From Balanoglossus misakiensis (taxonomy: Eukaryota > Animalia > Hemichordata): DNA of 64,000 nucleotides. The notes under the pieces were generated by a model that did no database searches, was not told the origin of the DNA, and saw only the letters and a program-made list of their open reading frames with translations. Location of the stretch: positions 5,500,831 to 5,564,830 of the forward strand of contig CM082578.2 in assembly GCA_040954595.2 (NCBI GenBank). The letters are read 5' to 3'. Within the stretch, counting starts at the first letter, position 1; the number at the start of each line of letters is the position of its first letter. A program made the position numbers and the translations under genes. Shown in pieces: positions 1 through 13,165 of the stretch.

Positions 1-2342
1 TGATCTCAGCCTTTCAAAAATGTATCACTCACGGTTTAGGATTCTGTAGTCGACGTTTGTCCTTGCAGTTATGCCTTTGCAGAAATCGCTCGAAATGATA
101 CCGACACTTGTACTCAGTGGAACGATTTCTAAAAAAATCGAACGTCAACAAAGCAACAGTCTCCATGGAGACTTCGTTAAAACTCTAAACACGCTCGAAG
201 CGTCTGCGTAATTCGAACTCCAACTCTTCGCTGAACACTGCGTCTCACGTGACTAGGCAAAAAGACGCGTCACGAAGATAGTGTTTGTCACCGAGGCAGT
301 GTACCAGCCAACTCCAACTCGAGATTGTCAACTCAGAACTGACGCAGGGCACCGGGTGTGTTCGAACGTGTTCGAAAGTGACAAATGGTGGTTTAAAATC
401 ATGACTAGTCATCTCCCAGCGGACTTCCAGACAGACAGTAATATATCGAATCTGTCTGGATGTTACGTCAAGTTAATCAAAATCTCAACACGTTTTGCCG
501 GTGGAATATTTTATAGCCTCGCAGCCAAGAATAGGTAGCGACACTGCGCAAAACCTCACTGTTTAGGGTCGAACCTTTATGTTCGACACGAACACATCTT
601 TTATTCAGCACTCCAGTCTGAGTCGGTGTTGCCGGCGTGCAAGTTGCGACAGTTTCCCAGCGGGCGTCAACTACACGTAAAAACGCGTCCTAAAACGAGT
701 AATAAGCACACGCCATTTTGTAACAGGAAATTGGCTAAGAAGTGTTGTGCGACGTTAAAACCCTTTCTTTAACGGTGCATTAACAATTTTAGTGCCATGC
801 GAATAACCATTCAGACATACCTGACAGTTGCCGCCTTTGTGGCATGTCCGCCCCCTCACCACGACGCCACCAGGCCGTCGACCTCTGCCAGTGCAAGTAT
901 AAAATTTGTTGTATGAACATCATGATTTCATGGACACAAATAGTTTCCTGGGCATATACTAGTAAGGAAGCCTTCGTTCATTTTGAGAAGCGTATTGGTG
1001 GAAATTATGCTAAGCCGTGTCAAATGCCAAAAGCGACCCCAAAGACATTTTAAAAAGAAAAATGGACATCCGCGTTCGTTCTGCAAACAATTCCAAGATA
1101 CCCATCAGCGGATATACGCTGTTACGGTCCCCCTGCTCAGGATTACTGTGTACGTGACATTTACTGTATTTTTTTTGGCAATTTCCCCCAGTAGGCCTAT
1201 CTGTGTCCTTCATCATCTGCAGTCTTCAGTTCAACGGCCTCGGCAATGATGACACAAACTCTATTCAACCGAGCTACAGATCTCGTTTTCGCACTGCAGC
1301 TGTCATTGCTGAACATCAAACTCAAGTCATGGTTGGCACACATGAATCGACAGACTATGCAGTTGCATTTTAGAATGTTGTGTGAAGTAGATGAAGAAAG
1401 CTTCCTTTATAGACAGGGAAACAATCCAGAAAAATAACACGCGCGCGTGGGTCTCCCATAGGATTACATTGATAATTGCTGGAAAACATACTCCTACTAT
1501 TGTCATTTTCACGAAATCTTACGCATAGCTCAGTCAAGTAAAAATAAATTCATTGGTCAAATAAAATCGTATGGTCAAGGTTACTAGTGTGGCATTGACA
1601 GCCGTCTAAATACGAGGCTTTCGATTTCATGCAAACAGAGAAAACAGGATCACTGTTGTTAATGTTGTGTGACCAATCTTGTCTGTTCGATGTATTAAAA
1701 GCTGGATTTTCAAATGTGTTGCTATCCTTGTTCGGAAGATTTTATTGAAAAAAATTACATCGACAATGATGAATGTAGCTTGTTCACATAATGCCTTTAT
1801 CCAAGCGCAATTCGGTGCTAGGAGTTGAAACGTTTTAAAGTATATAGAGCTACGAACATTTGGATATACATGTATGTGACGTCACTGGCCAACGCCGGGA
1901 AACCCTGCGTCAGTTCCAATTGTATGTTTTTGGACTCTTTCTAATGCAAGGGAAATCAAGAAAATTGGCATTTTCCTTGATTTAAGGAATTATCCTCAGC
2001 AACCGTTGCTTAGCAATTTGAATACTTCGGTATATCCCTAGAGGCTGAACACCCCCATTATTGAAAGGAGGAAAGATTATGGCGCCGTTCATTATGCAGG
2101 TGGACGCTAAAGAGGCAACATACAGACACATGTCCGGGGAATGCAAGAATGTTTAATCTTTTCTGATCTCTATAAAACACGCACACATGTTGTTACCATC
2201 AATAGGCCCACCACCATTTTGTCATATTAGTCATATCACGTCATCGCGTAATTAATGTGTAATTAACTGGGAACATGCGCAATGACGTGATTTTAGAGGT
2301 ACACATCCTCACTTTACTACAGAAATCGATCGCTGACAAAAT

Positions 2343-4592
2343 ATGAATCTGCATCTTTTGAGGTCGGTCCCAGCAAAATCGGTAAAACTTTGCTTTTTAT
2401 CGGTTTTGATTTTCGCGTTGTTGTGTTTTATCGCAGTGTACACGTCTGGTCAACTGAAAACTGGGCAAAGTATATATTATACCCGTCTGGCGACTGACAA
2501 AGTTAGTGGGCGTTTCAAAACTGTTGTATCCAACATGTTAACAAGTAGTGGACATCGAAGTAACAAAACAGGTAATTAGAATTCGTATTTTTGTTTTTAC
2601 AACAAAAGCACACCAATATGTGTCTTTTTCGAACTCAATAGTTCTACTAAATCAATAGTAATATTTTTCCTAAATGACTTCCGACGTTCTCATATTTAAA
2701 TTCCAATACATTTGTAAATACTTTATATCAGTCAATCGGATCGACGTGTATAGAAATATAAGACATCGATGCACAAAACAACTTACTCTTATAATGATGT
2801 TCCTAATAAAACGTGTACTTCAAATCATCACACAATCCTTTGCAAGTAAGACTTCTAATTCTACGCGTCAAAATTCAAATTATTTGTATTATTATTGTAA
2901 TGATGTAAATGTGCGGATATATCAATACAGACACAGTCGATGGGTCGGATGAATCATGCATATTTAACCTCTCGCTCTCCCGTGTTAACAGAAATGATTA
3001 CTCGTTTAATGGCCCGTCCAAGTGACGTCGCCCACATACGCCTTTTGTGTGTCGTCCCAACATCACCAAAAACAGCGCGTACCAGACTACAGGCGGTGCA
3101 AGACACCTGGGGTAAACGTTGTGACGTCACCCTGTACGTCAGCAGTGTGGCGAATCCCGACATGTCCGTTCTCGGCCTGAATGTCACCGAAGGTTACAGG
3201 GAGCTGTGGGGCAAGACAAAAGCGGCGTTTCAATACATTTACAGTCACCATTTGGACGACGCTGACTGGTTCTTGAAAGCCGACGACGACACCTATGTCG
3301 TAGTCGAGAATTTGAAGTATATGTTGACGGGATTCACGCCGAGAGAACCGATTTACTTCGGACATCGATTCTATGTACCCGAGACCAACCAAAGTTACAT
3401 GAACGGAGGTGGCGGCTACGTCATCAGCAAAGCGGGGCTGTCGCGTTTTGTGCAAAACGGGCTTCATAACGAGGAACTTTGTAAGAAGGGGGAGAGAGGC
3501 AGCGAGGATATTCTGATGGGAAAATGCTTAGAATCGGTTGGAGTGACACATGGCGACTCCAGAGACAAGTCTAAAAGGCAGCGCTTTCTGCCACACAGAC
3601 TGGAGAAATTTCTGACAGAACCAATACCGCGGTATATCGTCAGAAGCGAATATTACCCAACATCTTCGGTCGGTATTGTTCATTGGTTTTTGCAATTGAT
3701 TTCGCGACAAAGGTCATTTGAATATTATTCCTGCAATGTCATACGGCTGAATATGTAACAAGTATGTTGTTTGTATTATTTGATCAAACACGCCAGTAAA
3801 TATACCTTCTACTGTTTGGTTGCATGTATATAATGAATATTTCAATTTATTTACGTGATATGACATGGTTGACAGAGTCTATGGCCCGTAGGTAGGGGCT
3901 ACGGGCCGGGGGAGAGGATATTGCCCGCTGAGACCAGTTTTTAGGTTCTGCGCATCTTTTATGCGCATAACAAACTGGACGATATTTTACTGCGAACGGA
4001 CAGTAAATACCAAAATCGCAACCAACAGCGCGGTTTCCTCGAAATTATCTGAGTTCGAAGTAGGTTTATACAGCGAGACATTTTAGTTCACTGCAACGTA
4101 CGACATGGAAGCAACCCCCCCCCCCCCCAAACAAAACAAAACAACAAAACAAAAATGGTTACTTTCTAGCTAAAAACATTTTAAGATTGTATGCTAAAAT
4201 TACTTGCAGGCAACCGCCTACAATTTCCATCTACGTATATAACCGATACTTGATACATGGTTTAACATTTTCTCTGCTAAAACATTATTACGATTGCATG
4301 TGAAGAGGTGGCTTGTAAATTTGTGAATATTTCTCGTGACTTTCGTACAGTCAATGATGCGTGTAGATTATTCCAATATTCACTGCTATGCTATACTACC
4401 TGTGTCTTTCAGGGCAAAGAGTGTTGTTCCGATTACCTGGTAAGCGCTCATCACCTCGATCCCCAAGACCTGCACGTTCTGGATTATCTAATCTACAACG
4501 TGAAAATGGCGCGAAGTAACGACACAGAGAATGAACACCACTACATGCCTAGTACAGACATCGGCACCGGAAGCGATGGCAAGCAATTTTAG
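2343..4592 (+). CDS. C1GALT1: Core 1 beta-1,3-galactosyltransferase (T-synthase)-like, GT31/fringe-like family; 3 exons, ~361 aa
   Basis: Exons 2343-2571 (type II signal anchor LCFLSVLIFALLCFIAVY), 2992-3668 and 4413-4592. GT-AG introns have compatible phases (1, 0). Motifs: TWGKRCD, LWGKTKAAF, WFLKADDDTY (DxD), YMNGGGGYVIS, EDILMGKCL, CCSD. Orthology versus paralogy not established. Confidence 0.88.
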
Positions 4593-7500
4593 GAGGGTCA
4601 CATAATATTAAAGGGCATGATGTTCCATTAGCTCAAGTGGATGAGATCATGTTTTGTTTATGAAGTTTCAAAACCGGAAATGCAACATTTTCATTGTTTC
4701 TTGCATTTTCCCACGGTGGCGGCCATATTCGCTTGCGGCAAAGCTTTATTATTTATCTTGTTAAAACTCTCACATGCACTCATATTTAGGGTTTATAATG
4801 CTTGTGTATAGTTCACTGCCTTCATCTGCATGGATTAATGGTAGTGCAGTTTGAAACAAAAATTATGATAATTATCCCAAAAGTTGCAGCTTATGTGCCT
4901 TTAATGCCTTCTTTCGAAACGTATCGGTATTTCTGCTTACAATTGAACTCCAGCGAAAGACTGCCCCCCTTCCACAACAAGAAATGGAACCAGGTGTGAA
5001 CTTAATATACCCCCGTGGTTGAACTATTGTCTGTCATTATCTCGATGAGGGTATGGGCCACTACAGATTGTTTCAAGACATCTTGACACAGTTATAGAAA
5101 CTAATTTCCCAACCGGGTAGATATGGTGTGTGTATTGAATAATAATGATACATAGGATTATTACAAGTTATGACATCGTCAGTATATCTTTGGTAACATG
5201 CAAAAGTATTCCTTTTATACATAACAGACACGGCTCCATACTAATCCAGAATTAAGCCTAAGCAATGACGCACAGCTTGTTCTAATACGATGCCTACAAT
5301 TCTGCTAAATGTCACCGCAGCACATTCAATAAATACGTCGTCATTTGGTAAGTGTACTATCTTAATCACTTCCACATCAGCGGATATGCAATTGACATCA
5401 ATGATGTCACTGAAACACCCCCGTGTTGTGTTTGATGTCAATGTATTAGTAACCGTGACTTCAATTCCGGTGAAAGAAGGCTTGTTTCGCGCTTACTGGC
5501 AGTTTTGCTTTACGTATGTCATGTGAGATTACTGTGCACAACGTTGAAAAATCAATTATACGGATTGAATTGCGTGATTTTGTTCGTTTGCAAAACATCC
5601 ACATCTAATTGATCCAACTAGCTTCCTAAGCAATTCATCAGTAGATAAGATTTGATAGTGGAGATAAAATTGGGGTCAAAAGTGGTTGTACATCAGCCTG
5701 AATCAGCCGCGAAATACTCGGTATTTATAGTGATTTTTACGGATTATAGGATTTCAGCAGGCTGGTCATCATGCGCTGACAGAATGCGAAATCATTATCA
5801 CCGTTCTGCAATCAGTACTCCATGAGCTGCAACTCGATAAAACAATAAATCTTTAAATAATCTTGGATAACAACGATTGTAGATAGATAATCGAATATAT
5901 ATACATACATTTGTATTTTATTTTAAATGTAATAATTTAATTTCAGTTGTTGACCGCCCTCTACGGGGGTGGGATTACATGCAATTGTGCCTTAGAGGGG
6001 GATCGCATAATCAATCTGCCTCTTGCCCATTTCCCCTCCAACTCAGCAGACAGCGATTGGTTTTTCGCTGAAGTATTTTCACCCTCCTACACCCCGTCAA
6101 CCTCCATATAACACCTTTACTGTTCGAACAGTAATAGGCACTGTACTGTGCTTACTTACCAATAACCTTCAAATTAGAATTATATAATGACATTTTGTAA
6201 TTGGTGATATATTTTTTAAATGACTGTACCAAACTGGATGAAACATGCAATGTATATGTACATGTATATGTATCTTACAAAGATGGGGCATACATGTATA
6301 TATCCGAACGACAGACAGACACTGTAGTGACCTCACAGCTACATTTGTGAAAAAAAAATCATTGCTCCTACAAATTGCTCAATGACACCAGAATACACTC
6401 TCCCGTTCTTCGATATATGTTTGACAAGAAACATTCACAAGACCTATGAAGCGCCAGATGGATTAACAGATAATGTCCGCGTGCACACAACCGTAACATC
6501 TTGAATATGTTGCTAATGCCGTTTGAACAGGTACTGGTTTGTTCCTCATGTGATGTGTTCTTTACTCTTTGGTATTATATTTATGACATTCTCTTCTGTT
6601 GATGGCTCAATATAAAACAATAGTAATAATGAATAATAATAACATTTGTGGCGTTGTCTCCTTTCGGCAATTTCAAGATGCCACTTCCTGTTTCTCACGA
6701 ATGTAAGATATATACAAGAATATGTTAAGATAGTGGAGACCCTCAGTCGTGTCATGGCAATTCATCGTTTTAACCGACAGAGTCTGCATTGTCGGTCCCT
6801 TGTCTCAATGAACGCTTTATCTAGGTCATTCGAAATTAATACGTCGGTTTCATGAATGATAAATCTAATTAACTTTGGAATTGAAGGACGGATTCATCTG
6901 AATTGTGTTGAATATACGCATAGTGATTTTATTCTTATTGTGATAAATCACCATCGCAATTGACAACCTAAACGGTCATACATTTGTATGTCAATGACAC
7001 AATCAGCTATTATCATCGGAAAGATCAAACGGCCTTGCTCCTCTTTCCAATATGTAACTTGAATAATTTACTCCGTGTGTGGACGACATTGACACAATCA
7101 GCCTGCGCATCGTTGATTGATGTTGACTCCCTTTGTAAAAGGCTGACACTTGTCACCATCAGCGCATGCGTGTCACAATAAATCCAGAAGACGTTTAAAT
7201 AGAGGTTGCCTCTAATGACCATTTCGGAGGTAAACACGAAATCGTAGACCTTTACATTGCATTCATTGCTTAGAGGATCCCACATAGTCGTTATCGCGAA
7301 CCACTATATCTGTGTAGGCGTTTTCTTCACAGTACATGTACATGTATAACTGATATTCATAGCAATTACTGGACTGAGTTGCTCTCGCCACTCTATCCTG
7401 ACAGCTAAAGTGGCTGCTTCTATTACTTTGAGGGAAACAATATTGGATACGGTTTCAATGCATACAACGTGCTAATATTGAGAGATCTGGAAAGTTGATT

Positions 7501-10500
7501 TTCATTAATTTGTCAAATATAGAATTCCCTGGTGATGAATATGTATCCGATGCACTCTGTTGCTCAATGAAGAACTGTAACCCGATAACGACAGAATGTA
7601 CCACCTGGCAAGATGTATCTATGCCTAATGTTTGTATAGTATACCCTCACATTAATATACAAAGAATCAGACGATTTATTATCAAGCTATCTTGCTGGAC
7701 AGGTTTCAAAATTTGTGGTTCATATATTGTTATGACACATGTGTCATTTGTGTCAGTAAATCTAAATGAACCCTTGGGTTCCTTTAAGGGCAATTAATCT
7801 TAATTGAACTATCTTGGAGAGCCAAATGCATGTATTATAGCGATTCATCAGGGCTGGACTAGACATGAAAGTACTCAATTTTTCCGATGAGGTAAAGTAG
7901 CCAGTTCTGGGATGTGATTTACGGTTTCATTCCCTGGAGAATTTTTCCAACTTTCCCCCATATTTAAGTAAACACTGATCCTGTGCTTGGAAGTCTGTTT
8001 TTACGAATCGCATTCATAAATTACCGAAGTTACCCAGCGACTGTATAGATATTAATAATTCACCACCATCTAAAATTGCCTATGTCACACAAACGTCGAT
8101 GTAAACGCCCCCGAATTTCGAAGGCCGCCTGAGTGACATGCAAGCTCAGCCTCTGACATTTACTTTGATGCTATTTGTCTAATTAAGGTTAACAGTCTGA
8201 ACTTGTCTATTTTTCGGTTAGTAAATGCCAACCTTTGGCCCCAATCACCGTCATCTTCATAACATTTTCCGTGACAAAACACCTGGGGTTTTTCTGAGGA
8301 TACCGTGAGTGAACATCAGTCATTTTCACCGTGTGATTATTCAGTTTTTCTATGAACCTCGACGTGTACCATTTGGTAAATTGCACTGTTACATTGGTGT
8401 GTACTCCCGTAGTTTGCGCGGGAAATAAACGTGAAAAGTGCAATGTCCCAAACACCCACTGATGGTTGTGTAAATTCCATCAGGCAAAACGCGATCTTCT
8501 CCGTCAAATAGGTCCTTCATTATGGTTAAAAATAGTATAGATAATAGCCTCTTAATTGCCACATGCCAGATGAGAAACTTGCAATGAAATGCTATCTTGG
8601 AGCTATTATTTATTGCTCCCAAGTGTATCCTAAGTCATCATGGTGCACTTTAAATCTAGTTCTCTTTGTTTGCAAGGTTTACATTATGATACATGACAAA
8701 CACGATCAGATCGCTTGTACAATTAAGACGTTTAGGGAATGTATTTACTCAGCCGGTGTAATAAATAGTCATTCATTTCGCAGTTGTTGACATGAGTTTA
8801 TAAAACTAATATTCTACAGGAGGATTGGATAAAAAAACATTTAAACCGTACTTCTGTAATGAGACACATGTGATATTCATCCTCAATTTGTCCACTGTCA
8901 CATACTATAGACATGTTCTTTGTGATTTCGGGGTTCTATCCTTTCACATATACACTATTCTATGTACAGTATATGACTTGATCATCGAAACCCCTTTTTT
9001 AAAATTGTACACAAATATTTATTTTATGCATGGGCTATATTTAAATTGACAATAAGTAAATAACTGAACACATTTTACATCCTACATAAAATTTGCATTC
9101 ATACATCCTGACATTGCTCTTTCAAAGGTTTAAGAATACATGGCAAACAATACAGTACAACAACAAAGCGTAATCAACAACTTATAGGCAGCCAAAAAAC
9201 CGTTGAAGTCCAAAGATGCAAATGATGTTCGCACACAACACATTGCACTGGGCAAAACGTGTGCTTCTCTTTCGCATTAAACCTCGACAACCCTGCAGAG
9301 CCCTTCGTGTTAGAGCAAACTGTTGAGCCGAATAGAAATACATTTATCTGCATTCTGGCTGGATTTCATCTGGTTAAACAAACACGTGGCAGGCACTCGC
9401 ATGATTGAAAAAAGTCTCATAAATGAGAAATATTCGTTTCAAGACATAAAATTCCGCGAGACATCACCTCGTGGATCTATTACAAGGAACCTCTATTACT
9501 AGTACATGCATGTACTCTTTTGTGTTGAAAAAATTGTATCCAACGCTGCACCTTTGAGCCAATTCTTAATGTTTCCATGGTTAGCATTGCCTTAGCGTAT
9601 AATATGTCACAACACCCACACCTAGATCGCTTCGTCGTCTTATAGACTGATCGACATCTTTATAGGTATCTGAAGAATGTTTTTGATGATAATAGTAAAG
9701 ATAAAATATGCAACATGGAATAACAAGATAATTGCCATAGAGATTATCTCAAGAACAGTACACGACACACGGGACACATATACTTTCCATTTGTCACCGA
9801 AATCGCATCAGGGGAGTAAACAAAACATTGGCGCTTTTTTACGATGAGCGTAATTGTATGAGGGAAGGTGGGTCTGCAGATTTTTGAGGGGGTATCGTGG
9901 GCACAGAGACATGTCTCTTTTATGTCACCTGGTTAAAACGCGACACTCTCCCAAGTCCTTGTCTGTAAACCGAGAACTCCAGCCACCACGTTTCACCTCA
10001 TCGATATTTGCGATGCCCGGAAGGTAATGTTTGCATATTAATAAAAATTACAATTTGGAAATGGCCATGATGTTTATTTGATGATCCAGCATGAGCCTGT
10101 AGATATACCCAAGAAATCCATTGCATATTTGCTTAATTATTCATCAGTTGATAATAGGAATACATGTACATGTACTTGGAAAAAAATGAACAGGACCACG
10201 CGCCTGTAACAGCTAGTACATGTATATGCGTAATGACAAGGCAAGTAGGTAACACCACATGAGTGTCTCACCATAGACGTAAAGTCATAAAAACATTTAT
10301 TTCGCCAAAAAACAAGAACAACAACAATGCAATCAAATCTCAAAGTGTACATCGTGTGTATTCTTCTCTGGTATTAAGGACCATGGAAATAGTCTACAAC
10401 GACTAATCTAGTCCATGACGTTTATGTGTATCAACAAAAAATGCAAGGAAAACAGACCATACGGCTGGACTCGCGGGAAAAGGGAGACAGACGCCTTCTC

Positions 10501-11176
10501 TTATGGGAATTTGGGTAGTTAATACATGTATGTGTTCTGCTATATTTCTCACGGAACTTACTTTTCATGCAAGGGTTCCACAGCGCAACACACGAACATC
10601 TCCCCTTGTAACAGTTTGTTCGTGTGCGCAGAGATTGTCTAGGCCACCGATGTTTCCAGGTAAATCGGTTATTACCCGATTAGGTATATAGGTATTAAGC
10701 ATGAAGAGTGTTACCAACGCATACTAGTTGCGTCCGTGTGTGACACACTCCACTTGACAATATACGATAGCAGATGAAATTGTCATACGAATAATAAAAT
10801 ATTCTCAGTGAAAATTAAAACTCAACGAACCAATACCTCTAGGAGCTATAACAAGAAACATTTTACCGGTCTCAGATTTCCTCTGTGTGTTTACATTTAG
10901 TTGCCTTCAAAAGATACCATCTTTACATCACCCCAACTGTATCGTAAACGTCAACATGATGCACTTTTGAGCCGAATCTGTCTGTTTCCACGGTTTACAT
11001 CGTTATGCCGCACGCCAAATCACCACCCGATTGCTCGTAAATTAAAATTTTTATGACCAATCGACATTTTACAGACTTTCCGGTCGATGATAAGAATAAA
11101 AGATGTGATACCTAAAGTAAAATAAAACAGTCAACTGCAGTAAGAGATAATTGTAGAGACAGTCCCTTCACTCAAA

Positions 11177-12168
11177 CAGTCAGGACGTAAGTGGGGTAAT
11201 TAAACAGCAGGGGATCATGCAATGCAAACACTTGAACTGGCCAGTAACGTTTGAATTGCTCATTTGCATACAGATTTTCAACTTTTTTCACAACGAAAGT
11301 TAAGCAACTTGCAACCCATTTCTGACAATTATTTCACCCCAGGCACATTACTGGTACTATGAGTGTACTACATGTGATTTTTCATGAAGTTTTATCGAGA
11401 AGAATTTCTTTACTTCCACTGACAAAATTGTGATCACGAAATTCAAAGTGACCTTGAAGTTAAAAAATCAAAAAAAAAATATCAGCCATACCCACACAAA
11501 AATTAACCCCCTCAGGTTTTAGAAACATTATTAAACTACTCTATTCATAATTTTGACATGAATATATCCATGCCGAGAGTCAAGGACCACAATTTACAGT
11601 GCCATAGGTCAGTCCTGAGAAGTCAGTCAGCGTGAATAGTGTATAGACTCCGTATGTAATATGCTAATGAGAGATAACGACGCGTTGAAAAGGAAGCCAT
11701 TACGTCATGGGTTAACATGCGTTGACCTACTTCAATGCATACACATATGGCAAACACGGCTGTACTCGTCGATGGCGAAGGCAATTTTTACACCGTCATT
11801 ACTCCACAACGGAGCGGCTCACACTATTATAATTTCACGGTAACTTAGTTCAATATCTTCCTAACCTACCCAATTTTTTTCAAGACAAGAAATCTTTGCC
11901 GAGAGTCAAGGACCACAATTTAAACCAACATACCGAAACTGTCTTTCTCGGGAACGCGTCGTTAAAACTTCACGAAAAATCATCCTATCATTGACTATGG
12001 TGTTTCATACACGTCTTAGAAAAATGGGTGCACTACGATCACTTGTAGTACCGAAAATCTCCGTTTGAAAATTTTTCGAACTGGCCCTAACTGCCACTCA
12101 GCGACGTTCACATTCAAATAGATCTCTTTGATCTCACCGCCGTAATTACCCCACTTACGTCCTGACTG
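11177..12168. mobile_element. Non-autonomous DNA transposon with 26-bp perfect TIRs and 4-bp TSD (Academ-like by termini and TSD)
   Basis: CAGTCAGGACGTAAGTGGGGTAATTA at 11177-11202 and its exact reverse complement at 12143-12168. CAAA flanks both ends. Internal direct repeat TGCCGAGAGTCAAGGACCACAATTTA at ~11572 and ~11897. Confidence 0.75.
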
Positions 12169-12589
12169 CAAAGGGGCTGTGTCATAAGCTTGATCCAGAG
12201 TTACACGTGTCACCGTGGCTGACATGGTATGACTGCTATCTTTACCAGTAAATTATGGTGAGAGCATACATGTATGTAGAACAGGATCATTCTTATAATA
12301 GGACTTCCGTTTTTCTTTGCGATTGGGTAACTTTCAAAAGGGAACAAACACAACTTTGATTTTTCATTTATTTTGATAATTCTCCTTAGTGAGCATTTCT
12401 TCGCAAATTGAATCCATCGGTATATTTTTATTTTGATCATTTATGTTAACTGTACTATGATATGTTAAATATCGACTACTCCTCATGTTAAAACAAGTTC
12501 TGCAACTATAGCACAGCTATGAATCCAGAATAATTGCACTGGCTTCAATGCAACTTGTATTATCAGATCGAATTGTATTTAATATATAG

Positions 12590-13165
12590 AGATACTTTCA
12601 AATTTCCGTCCGCTCAACTTGCTCTAAGGAAAATCGGTAAAATTCGCAAACTTCTTGACAATACGTCTACTGAAAAATTAGTTCATGTATATTCATTACA
12701 TCAAGGCTTGACTATTGTAACTTCACTTTTTGGCTTACCAAATTATCATTTCAGGAAATTACAACTTATTCAAAACCATGCAGGACGGTTGGTCTCATTG
12801 ACTAGGAAATCAGATCACATTCAGCCTGTACTGTATACTTTGCACTGGCTTCCTGTTCATAAGTGAATTCAATTTCAACTTTTATGCTTTAACCTTCAAG
12901 ATTTACATGGATCTGTTCCTGTTTACTTACTAGTAAACGATCTTTTGAATATTCGTGTTCCAAGTCGCACCCTTCGGTCGACTGCTGAGGGTGCTTTCAC
13001 TCTACACCAGTCAATACTTAAAACCACATTCTATGGCAATAGATACTTTGCAAGTTCGGTTCCACGGTTGTGGAATAAGGGTCCACCTGATGAGCTCCGC
13101 TGTTGTAAGGACTATATGGTGTAACCGTGTTTTTAAATCCCTTGTCAAAACTTACCTTTTGAAGT
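12590..13165 (+). mobile_element. L2-clade LINE 3' fragment (decayed ORF2 C-terminus)
   Basis: Translation LRKIGKIRKLLD...RLDYCN(frameshift)SLFGLP...KLQLIQNHAGRLV...SDHIQPVLYTLHWLPV is typical of the L2 ORF2 C-terminus; stops and frameshifts present. Confidence 0.85.

Noticed and set aside
880-1160. Possible Gypsy protease remnant (VRSANNSKIPISGY)
   Set aside because: Single weak motif with no DTG, RT or LTRs visible.
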